A stretch of DNA of 61,688 nucleotides, filler included, from Sphacelaria rigidula (GCA_964200075.2; 7 parts of 7 records of this genome joined end to end with filler, not necessarily neighbours in it); one strand, 5' to 3'. Positions 1 through 13,590 are shown, counted from the whole stretch's first letter. Translations and numbers: made by a program. Notes: generated by a model not told the origin, from the letters alone.

Positions 1-519
1 ATTTTTTAAAAATTTCCTTTTTTTTCTTTTTTGTGCCCTTGGGGGGCCTTTTTCCGGTTTATGGGCTCCCCACAAGAGGCCCCCCCCCCCCCCCCCCCCT
101 GATATATCAAGCAAGGTCTGGCCGTGAACCTGAGCGACAGTACTGGACAGAGCTTGTACCTCCCGAGTTTTTACGGTAAATCTTTCTGCTGAGCTCTTCC
201 TGCCATAGGACCCCGTTACCTAGGGCACCAGATGTTCGCCTGTACAGGGGTGGGGGTGTCAGGGCCTCTACTCTTGTCACTGGCGGGCCAGTTGCCTGTG
301 ACGTCCTGTTCTCCGGTTGGCATGTGTATACCGCTGTTCATCATGCGCATTCATGGGTGTGGCTTCCACGTTTCCCTTTCTCTTTTTTTTTTCTCAACCG
401 TGTGTGTGTGCATGTGTGCGTATGTGTGTAAAGTATCGACATAAGAAGACAGGGTAGAAACGAGTTGGAGATCAAGCTACCACGAAAGGAAGGCCACATA
501 GAGCACACTAATCCCCTTC

Positions 520-1052
520 CTTTGGATACGTACTTCTAAGGCCACAACCATTCTCGGGCTGTTGTCTGCAAGCTGGTCAAGTACCTCTGGTAGCCTTCGT
601 CGGAAGCCTGCTTGCTCACACCGACGATTTGATACTTGAGACGGTTGGCCGTGCGCGACTTCAGCTCCACTCTGTAGGCGCCCTTGCGCGTCTTGAAATC
701 CGGCGACGTGATCTTGTGGTTGGTGTTCACAGCCACCGCTCCTCCCGCCGCCAAAAGCTCGGCGGCTGGGCTTTTTCTCCCCACCCGCGCAGTTTTCATA
801 GGTCAGATAACACTCGGTGATAGACCCCTCCTTGGCATTCCGCTTGTACGCACGCACCCGTACCTGGCACCCTCCGATCCCTTTCTCACCCGTCTTGGCT
901 ACGGGCGCAGAGCAACGGTATAACTTGTTCTTGCTGCCCTTGACTCCATGGTTGCACACTATTGTGCGGCCCTGCAAGAAGAGGAAACGCGCAGCTGCCG
1001 TTCTCAGATCAGCTACAGTGGCGAACAAGTCCTCTTCATTAAAAACGTCCAC
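520..1052 (-). pseudogene. Mutator/MULE-like transposase N-terminal remnant (frameshifted)
   Basis: Stitching ORFs 477..1052 and 536..799 gives 'F.TVADLRTAA...YRC...C.VRVRA...' followed by 'EGYQ..L.QLADNSP..VVALEV'. This resembles the MuDR N-terminal domain and the Y..L..L...NPG..V.LE motif that precedes the MULE DDE core. Confidence 0.5.
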
Positions 1053-3390
1053 CTGCAGGGATGGAGGGCCAGCGGAGGCGCCAGGCTACTGGGCGCGCGT
1101 GGTGGTGGTGCTTCAAGACTTTTCACACATACCCGGAACGTTTTGTTTCCCGCAGAGAAACCTTTCACACCCTTCACGAGTTATCAAATCTTTTGGGTTT
1201 GCGGTTTTTGGGGTCTGCGGAGCAAGCAGCAGCAGATCGCTCTCCCTTGCTTGTTGCGCTTTTTCGGCCTTTTCGGGTAGTGAAGATCGACAAGATGGAG
1301 TATGTGTCAGGCTGTTCGGAGTGTCCTCTGCACAGTCCGCAGGAGGGTCACGAGTGAGAAGACATGTTACGAACATCATGGGGTATTCAAGTGGACAAAA
1401 AGGGGTATTATAGTATATATATGTACATTGTTTGAGCTGACAGGGGTGTGTGCCCCACGGTATCGTTAACACAAGAGGGTGCTCCAATCAGCTCATATTT
1501 TCCACGCCCGAGTCAACCCTGTTCCCATGTGTCGAAAAAGCAAAGGTGACGTTACTACCCGAGTACCTTAGGCATGGGGCTGAGGCGCTGGAAGGCGTGC
1601 CGCGCTGCTCCCCACATCGAAGACTGCCCCCCCATTTTGTCGACTTCCCGATTTTTTTTGTAGCTCGTCTTTGTTTCATTCCTTTCACTTCACAGTTTGG
1701 TATTCTTTTGTTTTGTTTTTGTTATTTTTGTTGTCCACTTTACTCCTTGTGTTTAGTCTTTTTCCCTCCCCGCATTTTCTTTTTTTTTTCGAGCGTTTCC
1801 GTCTTGTTTGCCTTGGTTATTATGTCCATCTCGTGGATCATGACGAGGGCTCGAACCCTCGTGGATTAATTAGTGAAGTGCGATAATAAATTAACCAATG
1901 CTTGGAAAGGCAACAAAGCTTCCGACGCTTATCAGCACACGTCATTGAGTGTTTGGACACCTCGCATATATGCCGTGTTTATGCGAACTGCTGAATTACC
2001 GTGCGCCCTTCCTTTCGTTTTCCCTCTCCTCCCCGCCTGGACTCACTGAAATATGATCATCATTCTAGGCGAGGCGGGCAGGATTTTGCGGGGCGCGGCC
2101 CAGACGAAGACTGCGCCCGTTTCACATGAAAGAATACAAGGCAATCGAGATGAGAGTTCGCACTGATGGAAGGCTGTGAGTAAAATTTCGGCGTCGTCTC
2201 AAGGATCCTGGACACTGTTCGTTGATTCGTCTTTTTCTCTATGTGGGTAGAGTCTCTACGGGCTGAGCCAGCCCGGAAGCGGATGGGTGTGCAGGTTGAA
2301 TGCAGTCTAGCAGCTCAGTTTTGAGATTTGGATTTGAAATATGGTGTCGATAATCGCAAGGGCGTCATGAACGAAAAATCAGCTGGACATTATGTTTTTT
2401 TCTTCATGGTTGGGTGGAGTTGGACATGATCACACTACTCCACCCAAATGTCGGGTTTGTAATATCAGTAGCCGCCACCACTAGCTACGTGTCGTCACTT
2501 CACAAACCACCTCTTGAGGGCGGATGATGGCCACTAGCAAAAAAAACGTGTAGTTTCATCGCCCCGCGCGTGGTAGCTTCGAATTGTGGCCAGATTTCAG
2601 TTTTCAGCGCAGAGCGACCATCACATTTTTGCGTGTATTTGGATGGACGTTTAGAGAGCGTACGAAATGAGCGCCAACGCGGACCCCACGCTACCGACAT
2701 TGCTACAGTTAGTGCAGTCGTTACACTGAGGTGCTGCACAATATAGTACACTTTCTCTACATGATGCAAAGGTACGGCGGAGTAAGGTCAATCTCACGCA
2801 TATGTTGCACTGCTCGTACTTCTGTCTTGTCATATCCTGTGCTACAGTGTGTCTGATTGCACTGCCTGCACAGTTTATTGTAGCGTGTAGTGCCTAACAC
2901 GTATACTTGTGCACTAAAGAAGAGAAAACGATCACGAGAGATTCTCCTGGTGTTGTCAGCAGACAGTCTACTGAGCGGTGTGTAAGCTGGTGCAAAGTAT
3001 ACATACTGCAGGGTAGAGAAAGTGCACAATTAACTGCTCGCAGACAGCTTCTGGATGAAAAACGTGGAGCAGCTGGTCACCGGCTGACGACGGGAGGGGC
3101 AAAATGTTCCACAAATAGCTCCGTATAGACAAGTACTGCATTAGGAGCGCGTGCAACTAGTTGCCTGTAGGCAACTGCTAAATGAGAAAGGTGTGTGCCT
3201 CTTGTAGCTGTCTGTAGATAACTGTCGGTTATTAATGTTCAATTACTGACGCAGCGGCTAGTTGCCGCGGGATGCCGTTTCTAAAAACAACTCATTTTTT
3301 TTACCGGTTTACGCTTTACCCTTTGACTACCGGCTTCGTCACGGAACAGTTTTACCAACGGATAGATAATGTAGGGACGATCCCAGCGGT

Positions 3391-6300
3391 GGGGAGGGGG
3401 GGACTGGCGTACGTATTTGTTGCTTGCCTTAGTCGTGTGACCATTGACCACGAATCCCTTTCGACACGGAGCACCGTTTCTACGCCTGATAAAGACACCT
3501 CCGACATTTGGGTGCTCATTGCGTTTCTTTCATACATTACACAAAAAAACCTTTTACATATCTTATCCCTGTCCTGTTTCGCCGTCTGTGGTCGCCATCT
3601 ATCTCCAAGTATGGCCGTCGTTTTTTCGCTACTATCTAATGCATCAAAGAATTTCATGCCACCTTCGTTCAGGTCGCGCATTTCCCCCTTTAACACGTCC
3701 CGTTCCTCCTTGTAAAGTTCACATTCTGCCACTTTAGGAGTTGTGCTCTCTATTGCTTTGCCACAGGGCCGGTTCTGTGCGCCCACTTCCTCCTCCTCCC
3801 GACTACTGATACATATTTTTCTTCTTTCTGGCAGGTCCAGGTCCTTAAGCCGAAATCGCAGTTTCAGATTTTTCGCCGCGTCCATTGGGCCATGCAAATA
3901 TGCTTTTATCCCTATCCCCTCTCTCAACCCCAGTATATCTTCAGGTGATCTTCCTCGTCTACTTCGCGTCTGAGCGCTTATTATTTTCCTCTTATTTCTA
4001 TCATATCTCATACTCTTGTCTTGTACCCCGCATCTTCACCTACGGACAGTATTTTATCGTCGTTTCCTCCTATCTCCTTCTATACTCTGTCGACTTCTCT
4101 ATCCCACGTTATTCCAGCCTGCCCTTTCGTATTTTTCTTCCATACAGCCTTATCAAGTATAGCTGGCAATCTTTTTTTCTGCATGTTCTTCACGCTGAAT
4201 TGCCACCTCAATTTCCTCATGCCTCTGTTTTGAGTTGGTACATTCTCAACTCTGCTTACTCGTCGTTTGAGAGCATGTCAGTATTTTGCTAGCTGCTGCC
4301 ATCTGTACTGTGTCCAACTTCTTCACCAACTTCACGTTCCCCTCCCATACTTCTCCTGCATATTCCAGCTTTGGTACAATCACGTACATCAGGATACATA
4401 TCTTCACCCTACTGTCTAGATGCGAGTCTCTTGAGGATTACGTCCATACGTCCATACTGCCTATCTGTGGCTTACCCTTCTCTATTACTTTATTTATGTG
4501 TGCATCCCAAGAAAGAACAGTTGTTTTTAAATCTCTACGCCAAGGTATGTATACTGGTCCACGATCGGCAGTTCCTCTTCTCCCCACTTCCACTTGAACT
4601 CTACCGGATTTTTTTCATCTTTGTTACGGACAAGTACCGCGCATTTGTGAACGTTCGCTGTCACCCTCCATTTCCTAGTGTATTCTAGCGCCTCGTCTAC
4701 CTGTGTCTGCAATCCTTCCGGTGTTTCTTAAATCCCAACAAAATCATCTGCGAGCTTCAGACCTTATATTGCATCTTCACGCACTTTGACTCCTTGATTT
4801 TCTGTTTCTATTGCTAATATCAGGTCATCAATAAGTATAGTGGGAGGCTCTCAGTAGCATCGGTTGAATAGTGCCAACGACCTATATAATGCCGGTAAAA
4901 TCTCCGGGCACAGCCAGAGCTCGCAGTAGTGCCAACCAGCACTACTAACAGATAACCCTCAGTAGTGCCGGTTTGAACGGTTTTGCACCCTCAATAGTGC
5001 CGGTTCCGGACACACTCACGCACGCCTTACTCCCCACCAACCAAGCACCAGCAGGGGTGCAGCAGGGTACGTGCTGGTGCAGACCTTGCAACGTAGTGAC
5101 ACAACATGCCTTGTGCGGGAGGTGAACTGTGCCTCTCTCTACTTGTGTCGGTAGCCGGTAAGAAGTGAAAAGGGGCGTGGTTCATTCTTTCTCGCTCACT
5201 CCTTTTGGTGGGCGGTATACTCTTTTGTGAGTTTTTTTCCACACCAGATGCCGCACCTTCATAATTGTGTTGGGTGCAGATGTGTCCTTGTTTTTCTCAT
5301 CGGGAAGGTATTTTGGCATGAGCAACTTTTGTGGCCGTACTGCTGCTGTTGTGCTAGTAGGGAACGAAATGATCAACCTGTGGACAGGATCAATCAAGTT
5401 GAATGTGAAAAACAAAAAAACATCGGGTTTAGTTCTGCTATCCCGAAACCTTACGTGACGTATCCTATCGAAACCCCTCGAAACAGAATCCGCTTCCGTT
5501 TTGTGCTTCCGTTGGTCCCACGAAGGCCAAGCGCAGCACTGCACGAACGGACGGTCGTCAATAGTGCCAGAACCGGCACTACTGAGGTATTCAGAGCCCT
5601 CAATTGCACCTGTTTTGGCAATTTTCAGAGTAGTGCCGGTGTCCGTGGTGGGCACGCACCGGCACTACTCAGAGCCCCCCACTGTACCTTGGATAGAGTA
5701 GGTGATATCGTACATCCTTGTGCAACTCCTCGTAAGATATCAAAATATTTCGATATTTCCCCGTCTAGTTTCATGGCACTTTTGGCACATGCTGTCATCT
5801 TCTTCGCCACTCTCCACATATTTCCCCTGATTCCAGTTTCCGACAACTTTTTCTACAGCCCATTTATCCATACTGTGTCATACGCTTTTTGTACGTCCGG
5901 AAAGAAACAGTACGCTGTCAGCCCGGTGTCTTTCCTACCCTGAATAGTCTTACCTAGTGTGTATGCATGGTCTACGCAGCTGCGGTTTGGTCTAAATCCT
6001 GCTCGTCCCTCGCTGATTATCTCTTCCTTTTCTAGCATCGTTCCTACCCTATTGTTCAGAATCTTCAAGAATGTTTTCCCTACCGTGCTTCGCGTTATCC
6101 CTCTATAATTTCCTGCGTCAGCCTTGTCTCCGTTTTTGGAAAGGTTGACGACTACTTATTCTCTTCACCTTTTGGGTGTGTACTCGTTTTCCCATATCCA
6201 GTTGTACAGCATAACCATCATGGTGATCATTCCTTCCCCCCGTACTCCAGAAATTCTTTCACTTTTCCGTCTGCGGCTACTGATTTTCTATTTTTGAGTT

Positions 6301-8413
6301 TAGCTACGCACTCCTTTACTTCATCTCTGGTAAAGTCTCTCTGCAATTCTTTGGAGCCACTACCCTCCAGTTTTGACGTCTCTACATTTGCCTTTGCCCA
6401 CGTGTTTATTTCTTTTTCGAATCCTGTGTCGAACTTCATGTTAGGTTTTGGTGTTCCTAGTTTACGGTAGCGCTCGACTAGCACTTTTCTCTTTCCCTTC
6501 GAAATACTGGTCATTTTACCGTTCTCTGCCCGGAGTGTGGTTATCCCGTTGTCCATCTTTCCTGCCTGTTTTCCCGTTATCCTTTTTATTCCCTACCCAC
6601 ATTCGTTTCATCCCGCCATCGAAATCTTCATTTGTTTTATTCACTACAACTTCCCATACTCCCTTCTTTTTCTTCTGTATCATCTTCCTTACTTCCTTTC
6701 GAGCTTCAGTATACTCTTTCGATCCTGCCGCAGTTTGGCTCGATATGCATCTCGGGTGGGCCTCTCTCCTTACTCTCCCAGCCTCTTTTGCTTCCTCACC
6801 CCACCATTTTACTTACTGCTCTGTTGCATACGATCAGTTTCTTCCCTATGACTTTATTCTCAGTGTTCTGGACCAGCCGCTCCCATCCTTCTATGATCGT
6901 GGCTCCTGCCCGATTTCTTCCCATTTCGGTATTAACTGTACCTACGCGTTCCAACAGCTCGGAAAATTTCACTGCATTCTTGGCCATCTCTATTAGGAAT
7001 TCTTGCTGTTTTTCTTCCATATCTAGTTTATCGATTCTCCATAACTTTCTACCCCGCCTATGTTTTTCAGCTCTCTTCTGTTGGCTTTCTGTTTATATTA
7101 GGCAGTGATCTGTAGTTCTCACGTCCTCCGGGTTTACATGTACTTTCATTTCTTTACTATTCCCATGCTATACCACTATATAGTCATCAAGAGCGGAGCG
7201 TTCTCTTCCGTTTTCGCGGTTTCTGGTCCATGTCCAATGCCCCTCTGGCTCTACTACTCTACCGTTCAGCGTCTTCATCTCGTTATTCCCAGGAACTTCA
7301 GCATTCCTACCCCATTCGTGTTCCTCTTATCTTCCCCGTATTGCCCAATGATATCATCCGGTTGGCCTGCTTTTCCTATCGTTGCGTTCAGATCTCCCAC
7401 TAACATGACCTCCCCTTGCCTTTAATACTTTTGTACATATTTTGCTATCTCTCCAAACCTCCGCTGTATATCGTTCACCCTACTCTTCGATTCTGGCAGC
7501 ATGCAGATGTTCCCTACGCAAAACCCTTTCATTCCCCGCTCCCCTGGCACCCTTACCCATATGCTCTCATCGAATTTCGTGTCGTCGATCACATCGATGA
7601 TGTCACCCAGGTATTTCTTGACTAAAAATACTACTCCCCCCGCTCCCCTGCCTTGGAGGTTCTGTCCCCTCCGCTCTTTCTCTATCCATGCGTACTCTTT
7701 AACTTTGCGTTCGCCTCCTATTTCTCCAGTGACTCTTGAATTTCTACAATATCTAGGTCGCGCTTCCTTACTCGTTCGGCTATCTCCATTGTTCTGCGCT
7801 TGTCTGTGGCGAATCCACACACGTTCCACGATCCTATTCTCAACTTCCTTTCCGAATTATTATCTGCTCTCGTGCTGTCTACTGTTATCTCTCTGTCGCT
7901 TTTATTTCTTCTTTTCCTTGCTTGATAGTTTTTTCCGTTTCGGGTTTGGTCTCTGTCCATTTGCTCCGGGCCGCCCTGTCCCCTCCCCTCCCCCTTCCGG
8001 GCACTTACCTGTTCGTGCCTCTCTTTCCCGCCGTTTGCCCGTGCACTACGTCTTAGATTTGTTTTTCCGTCAGCAACGCACACTCTCCACCTTACCCCTC
8101 TAACCCATGCCGATACCTTACTTGTTTGTATCTTTTCCCATTTCTTGCTCGCGCTCTGTTCTAGTGTGACTCGGAAGTGCTCTCCTTCCCTTTCTACTTT
8201 TCCTGTTGCCAAGCAGTCTATTTCAACTCCATTGCATTTCCTTTCAAAGTCTATTCTCGTAATATCGCTACCGACTCCGAATACCAGCACTACTAGTACT
8301 TTACCCGTCCATTCTTTACTTCTCCATCCGCCCCTCGTCACCGTCTCTCTCTCTATCTCTTTCGAGAGTATCTCCGCTTGTTCGTTTTGACTATTGTGGG
8401 GGGATACAGTCAA
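3391..8413 (-). mobile_element. Near full-length degenerate LINE (APE endonuclease + RT + C-terminal CCHC-like knuckle; RTEX-like) with C-rich tail (family A)
   Basis: APE motif KLRIGSWNVCG...DIV.IQES (~7720-7850). RT motifs GFRPNRSCVDH, DVQKAYDTVW, RGVAQGCTISPTL and LADDFVG (~4735-6000). C-terminal PCG..E....C.LY (~3710-3780). The 3' end reads ...tacgtacgccagt followed by a C-rich run at ~3391-3402. Many stops and frameshifts. Confidence 0.9.
4838..5684. mobile_element. Tc1/mariner-type MITE inserted in the LINE RT domain
   Basis: TIRs (T/C)AGTGGG(A/G)GGCTCT(C/G)AGTAG. TA duplication at 4836-4837 and 5685-5686. Removing it restores RT 'SPTLSKV|LIDDLILAIE'. Subterminal AGTGCC(GGT) repeats at both ends. 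Confidence 0.9.
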
Positions 8414-8727
8414 GGTACTGGCATATCCGAATCCTAGTACTTGTTGGGGGTCAAGGGCCTTTCAGTTATTTTGCTGGCTCACCGACACTCAATAACGCCT
8501 CCAACACGGGCTCGTATCCTGAGGCCAACTTCAACACCCTTGACACAAGTACCCCACATTTGTACCAAGCGATCTTCATGGTAAAACCACCCAGGCGTCC
8601 CATGATCGTATCTTCTATCTTCTGCCCCGCTGCTGTACTAGTTACTTACCTCCAGGGGGGTCATTTTCACCGTGTAAGGTTCAAGGACGGCTTGCATAAC
8701 ACAAGGTCTTACTCATATCGGTATGTC

Positions 8728-8827
8728 NNNNNNNNNNNNNNNNNNNNNNNNNNNNNNNNNNNNNNNNNNNNTTAATTAATTAANNNNNNNNNNNNNNNNN
8801 NNNNNNNNNNNNNNNNNNNNNNNNNNN
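8728..8827. other. Artificial contig linker
   Basis: 100-bp N run containing TTAATTAATTAA (stops in all six frames). Confidence 0.98.
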
Positions 8828-9037
8828 TTGGATGATGACTTGGAATCTGTAGTGATGATGTGGATGATGACATGGACACAGGGGTGATACCCTGATGTGG
8901 TTTATGAAGCCGCCTGGGAGGCACTCCTGAATAATGAGTTGTTGTAAAGGCTGACAACTGAAACCTGAGGCCAGTGGAACTGGGGAGTCCCTCAACAGCA
9001 TAAGACGCTGCAGTGCTAGCAACCTGCTGTGGTCACA
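8828..9037 (+). repeat. 5' LTR (truncated by contig start)
   Basis: Matches 13232-13441 with about 8 differences in 210 bp by eye; ends GTCACA. Confidence 0.95.
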
Positions 9038-11283
9038 ATATCCATATTAGTGCTAGTGCTAGTCGTGCTAGTAGTGCTGTCGTTAGTGACTGCTGGAAAA
9101 TGTTCAGTAGAGAGGAGTCTGGACAGCTTGGGACATACCTTCACGGACGCGTGAGGAGGGTTCAAGCTGAGGTAGCTGCAAAGGTGGCTGGCCCGTGATT
9201 GATCCAGACTGGGGACTTGCTGGAGCTGCGTGCAGCGGGAGTTTATAGGACCCCACGGCTGTTGTGGTGCGGCGACGAAGGCCGGTATGAACTGTGGAGT
9301 TCGAGAAGGTTCAGAAGCCTTCGATTAGGTCCGCTGGGAAATGTCGACTACAGAGGTACCGGCAATAGAGCCAGCGGAGACGACTGTAACCCCAGTTGTC
9401 CTGAGAGAAGAGTTGCGGCCTTCCAGTTAAGGGAATTTGTATTCTGAGTGTGCATCTCGTTCGTTTTATACGAAATACGTGGAATACAAGAAGCGGGTGG
9501 AGCATGCGAATGGGGAGGGTGCGGTAAGGCATCAGGTGGTTTTCATGGCGCAACTCGTGCCTACTCCCCTCCAATACGCCGCCGCAACTGGTTGCGGCGA
9601 TCAGAAAGCATGCTGGGCATACGGCGGGCACTTGCCACTGCTGTGGCCAGGTCGGCCATCACGCGCGCGACTGCCCAACGTCTTCCGGTGGAAAGTCAGG
9701 TCAGTCTCATGCCGCGCGCCATCCGCATCGTTAGCACAATGGCAAAAGACGAGGTAATCGTGATGGCGGCGGCGGCGGCGGATCCTCCAGCGGTGGAGGT
9801 GCACAGTCGAGTTCCCAGTAGCAGCAGCAGCAGCAGGAGCAGCGGCGTCAGCAGGGGTCCGGTTCTGGATCCGGCTCAGCCGCAGGAGCTGCTGCTCCGC
9901 AACGGGCGGTGCAGGCGGGACCTACCACTCTAGTGTCGGGCTCAGTGCCGGCGCCGCCGGCAGCAGAGCAAGGCGAGGCGCCTGCTGCTGAGCCGGCTGA
10001 ATTTCAGCTGAAATTTGGATCCGCTGCTGCGTCGGCCGGAGTACCGCTGGAATTTGGATCTGCGGGCGGGGCTTCGTACCCGCCGGCAGTGCCGGTGATC
10101 CCAGCGGGGGCGTCTATGCCTGCGCCGCACGCGCAGCCGTGGCACCAAGTGGGGATCCCAAACAATCAGTCGGCGGAGCAGGTGCCGGTCGAAAATCAAG
10201 GCAAATATATTCCTGCAGACTTATATCTCCCAAATCAACGGGCGCGGGGAGCTATTGCGGTAGAGGCTAAGTGGGATTCTGGCGACCACTGGATGGGTCA
10301 TGTGAGTCTGTCGGTACAGATTGTAGAGATGTTGGAGCGTCTCCTCCCGGGTGTGCCGCTGCGCACTCTGGTTTCGCTCAGGGCGCGGCAGGCCGTCACC
10401 GCGTCGCGTCAGCATCTTTACGTCATAGAGCGTACTCTTCCGCTGCGACTGACCTTTGATGACTTCCTGGGGGCCGGCGCAGTTACCTCCGATCTCGTTT
10501 GCGATCATGTCGGGGTCGGATGGCGAGATTCTTCTGGGGTTGCCGATGGTTCACGATATTGGAGTCAACGCTCGGCGGTTGTGGGACTCCATGAAGACGC
10601 GGATGTCTCCGCCTGGTCCACGCTTGGAGACCCCACGCCGTTTCGGACAGTCGTCGCGTGAGCTTGTCGGCGGATGCTTTTCAGGAGGATGGAGGGCAGG
10701 TGGCCGAGGAGCGGGATACGGCAGTGGAACGCTTAGTAAAGCGCAGCCGGGAGATAATTATTGATCCGGCGGAAGAGGAGTCCACTCGGAAGCTCGCGCT
10801 GGAGAAGAGCGTGATGGATGCTGGGGCGAAAAGCCTCAGCGTCTCAAAAGCGGAGCGCCTGCGCGGCATATTGCATTGCTGATTCAACGCGTTTCGTCAT
10901 GCGCTGCGGAGTGATCTTCCTACGCGCGTGGAGCTCATGCGGGTTCAGCCAAAACCTGGGGCGTCCGCGGTAAGAACGAAGCCGCGGCGGTAAGATCCAG
11001 TGAAGTCGAGTTGGTTGGCATCGTGCATGGTGGCTCTTTTGGCGCTCGGGTTGGTGTTTCGGAATTCGCAAGCGGGGTGGTCCAGTCCGGATATGGCGTT
11101 TCCGAAGAAGGCTGCATCGTGGACGGAGGTCAGGCTGCAGGTGTGAGCGGCAGCGAAAGATCTGGTGGCTCATGCCGTGACGCTGCTCCATCCTCGTCCT
11201 GATTGTCAGGTGTCAATGTTTCCGGATGCATTTGAGTGCCATTGAGGTAGTTTGGTCATGCAGGTGCTATAGTTGAAATTCAA

Positions 11284-13174
11284 ATGCCTATGCGCGATGT
11301 GGCTGTGTATGGTCCGTGTGAACCTGATGACTCGATGCCGTCCAAATCTGTTGTCCGCCAAGCGCAACGAAAAGACCTTGGGGTCGAAGATGCGGATGTG
11401 CAATATTTCGAGTCGGACGTTGGTACTGCTATTTTGGACAATGAAGGTCTGTTTTGTGTGCATGTGCGTGGCCTAAACGTTTTGTGGATTCCAAGTTCTG
11501 ACAAGCAGCTGCAGGTACGTCTGATGATTTGCGCGCACATGCACGACGCTGGGCATCGTGGTGTGGCTGCGACGCTCGTGTGCTTGCAAGAGGTTTGTGT
11601 CTGGCAGGGGATAGAAACTCATGTGCGCGACTTCGTCCGCCAGTGTCTTCACTGTGCTGACTCGAGGACGGGCGATGTTGTTGCCCGCCCGCTCGGCGAA
11701 ATGGCCCATGGGACCACGCCGAATGAAGTCGTTCATATTGGCTTCTCTTACGTAGGCGAGACTGGCCCGCTAGCTTCCCAAGGTTTGTCGGAGCATGCGG
11801 GGTGTCGATATATTCTGGTAATCATGGATGATTTTAGCAACTTCGTGACTCTGGAACCAATAGCAGTGTGTACTGCTGAATCGACCGCTGCGTCTTTGCT
11901 GAATTGATGCAAAACTTTGGGGGTGCCGCATGTGTGGGTGAGTGATACTGCCACGCATTTTAAGAATGCGATCTTGGCCCGGACACTTTCTACGATAGCC
12001 CCCCCCCAAAACCAGCTAAAAGAAAAATAAAAAAAATGGCCATAAAGCGCCTGATGTTCGGGTTCAGGCTGCATGAANNNNNNNNNNTGGGAATTCCCAG
12101 CTTCTCGTTGTGCTCGGCTTTTCCCATTTTGACTTACGTGAAGATTTTTCTTCCGAAAACCGTGCACTTTTGGGGGGGGGCTATCATAGAAAGTATCCCC
12201 GATTGCGAGAGGCTTTGCGCGTTGATCACCAGTCTGCGGTAGCGTATTCTCCGTGGTCTAACGGTACGTGCGAACGCATGGTCAAGGAAGTAGTTCGTGC
12301 TCTTCGACTTCTTCTTCTCGAGCAGCGTCGAAAGGTGACCGAGTGGGTGGACGTGTTGCCCGCTGTGCAATGGGCGCTAAATACAGCAAATCGCCGTCGG
12401 TACAATAGTACGCCGTATCACGTGATGTTTGGTCGTGCACCTCGGACGTCTTTCTCGGTGTTGGCGTCCTCATCGGCGGGAGACTGGAACTGTGATGTCT
12501 CAGACGATGCGCAACTGAAGCGTGCGTTGCAAGGAGTTTTGGAGTTGCAGGAAAATTTCCACGTTGAAGTGCGGGAGCGTGTTGCCGCTGGACGTGCGCG
12601 TAGACGTGAGGGGCCTTCGTCGAGGCTGGAATTGCCGAATTTTGAGGTAGACGACTATGTCTTGTATGCACGCGTGCGTCGTCCGGGTTTTACGCCAAAA
12701 TTAATGGCGACGTGGACTGGTCCGTGGAGAGTGGTTGGTGCTCATCACCCGCATGTGTATGCGATCCAAAACATTGTTTCAGGTCGTGCTCAGACCGCCC
12801 ATGTAGCTCGTCTGCGTTCTTATGCAGACTCACAGCTGAATGTAACGGCAGACGTGAAGGATGTGTTTCAGCACGCTTCAAACCAGTTACAATTTCAGAT
12901 GGCTGGGAATGTTCGCGTGGCAGAGGCGGAGGATCGTCCGTTGATCGTATTGGTCGACAGGGTAGGTTTTGAAGTCGAGGAGCGTACGTGGGAACCTTTA
13001 AAAAATATTTTGGAGGCCGCTCCGGAATTTCTCAAAAAAGAGTCGCGTAAGGTGCGAGTGACTCGTCCCATTGCTGCTCGGATCACGCGTGAGTTTGAGA
13101 TTCAATTGTTACTTGCTCAATCGTTCTGGCGTTATTTTTCTGGGTGTCAAGCTTGTTGCTCGATTCTCGTCTAA
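11284..13174 (+). pseudogene. Gypsy integrase + chromodomain (interrupted by a stop and a MITE)
   Basis: ORFs 11284..11907 and 12110..13174 carry the integrase Zn-binding, rve core and chromo-like motifs. Confidence 0.88.
11982..12197. mobile_element. MITE with GACAC termini and 4-bp TSD (CCCG)
   Basis: TIR GACACTTTCTACGATAGCCCCCCCCCAAAA / TTTTGGGGGGGGCTATCATAGAAAGTATC. CCCG at 11978-11981 and 12198-12201. Removing it restores integrase 'AILA-RLREAL'. Confidence 0.9.
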
Positions 13175-13190
13175 CGAGCGTTTGGGGTGC

Positions 13191-13441
13191 TGTGACGAAA
13201 TCACGCCGTCACGTTGAGTATATGGTAATGATTGGATGATGACTTGAGGTCTGTAGTGATGATATGGATGATGACATGGACACAGGGGTGATACCCTGAT
13301 GTGGTTTATGAAGCCGCCTGGGAGGCACTCCTGAATAATGAGATGTTGTAAAGGCTGACAACTGAAACCTGAGGCCAGTGGAACTGGGGAGTCCCTCAAC
13401 AGCATTAGACGCTGCAGTGCTAACAACCTGCTGTCGTCACA
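13191..13441 (+). repeat. 3' LTR (251 bp)
   Basis: TGTGACGA...TCGTCACA terminal inverted repeat; G-rich degenerate polypurine tract just upstream. Confidence 0.95.
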
Positions 13442-13559
13442 GCCCGTATTCCGCCAATAATCCGTGATGAAAAGTTCAACAGGGCACTTTTCAGTCAGAG
13501 AGTTTTTTTTTTAGTTTATAAGAAGCGGCGTGAGACAAAGCGATTACCACCGAGGGTTA

Positions 13560-13590
<31 letters not shown>

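Larger units (their letters stand above)
8828..13441 (+). mobile_element. Ty3/Gypsy (chromovirus-like) LTR retrotransposon, internally deleted and non-autonomous
   Basis: Two matching LTRs. Protease-like WDSG motif (~10271). The RT start jumps straight to the RNase H-linker region (~11105). Integrase H-GH...C..C, core AYSPWSNGTCER, W.GPW, and C-terminal chromodomain-like 'GFEVEERTWEPLKNI'. Confidence 0.92.

Noticed and set aside
8772-8783. TTAATTAATTAA as a biological motif
   Set aside because: Six-frame stop linker embedded in N runs
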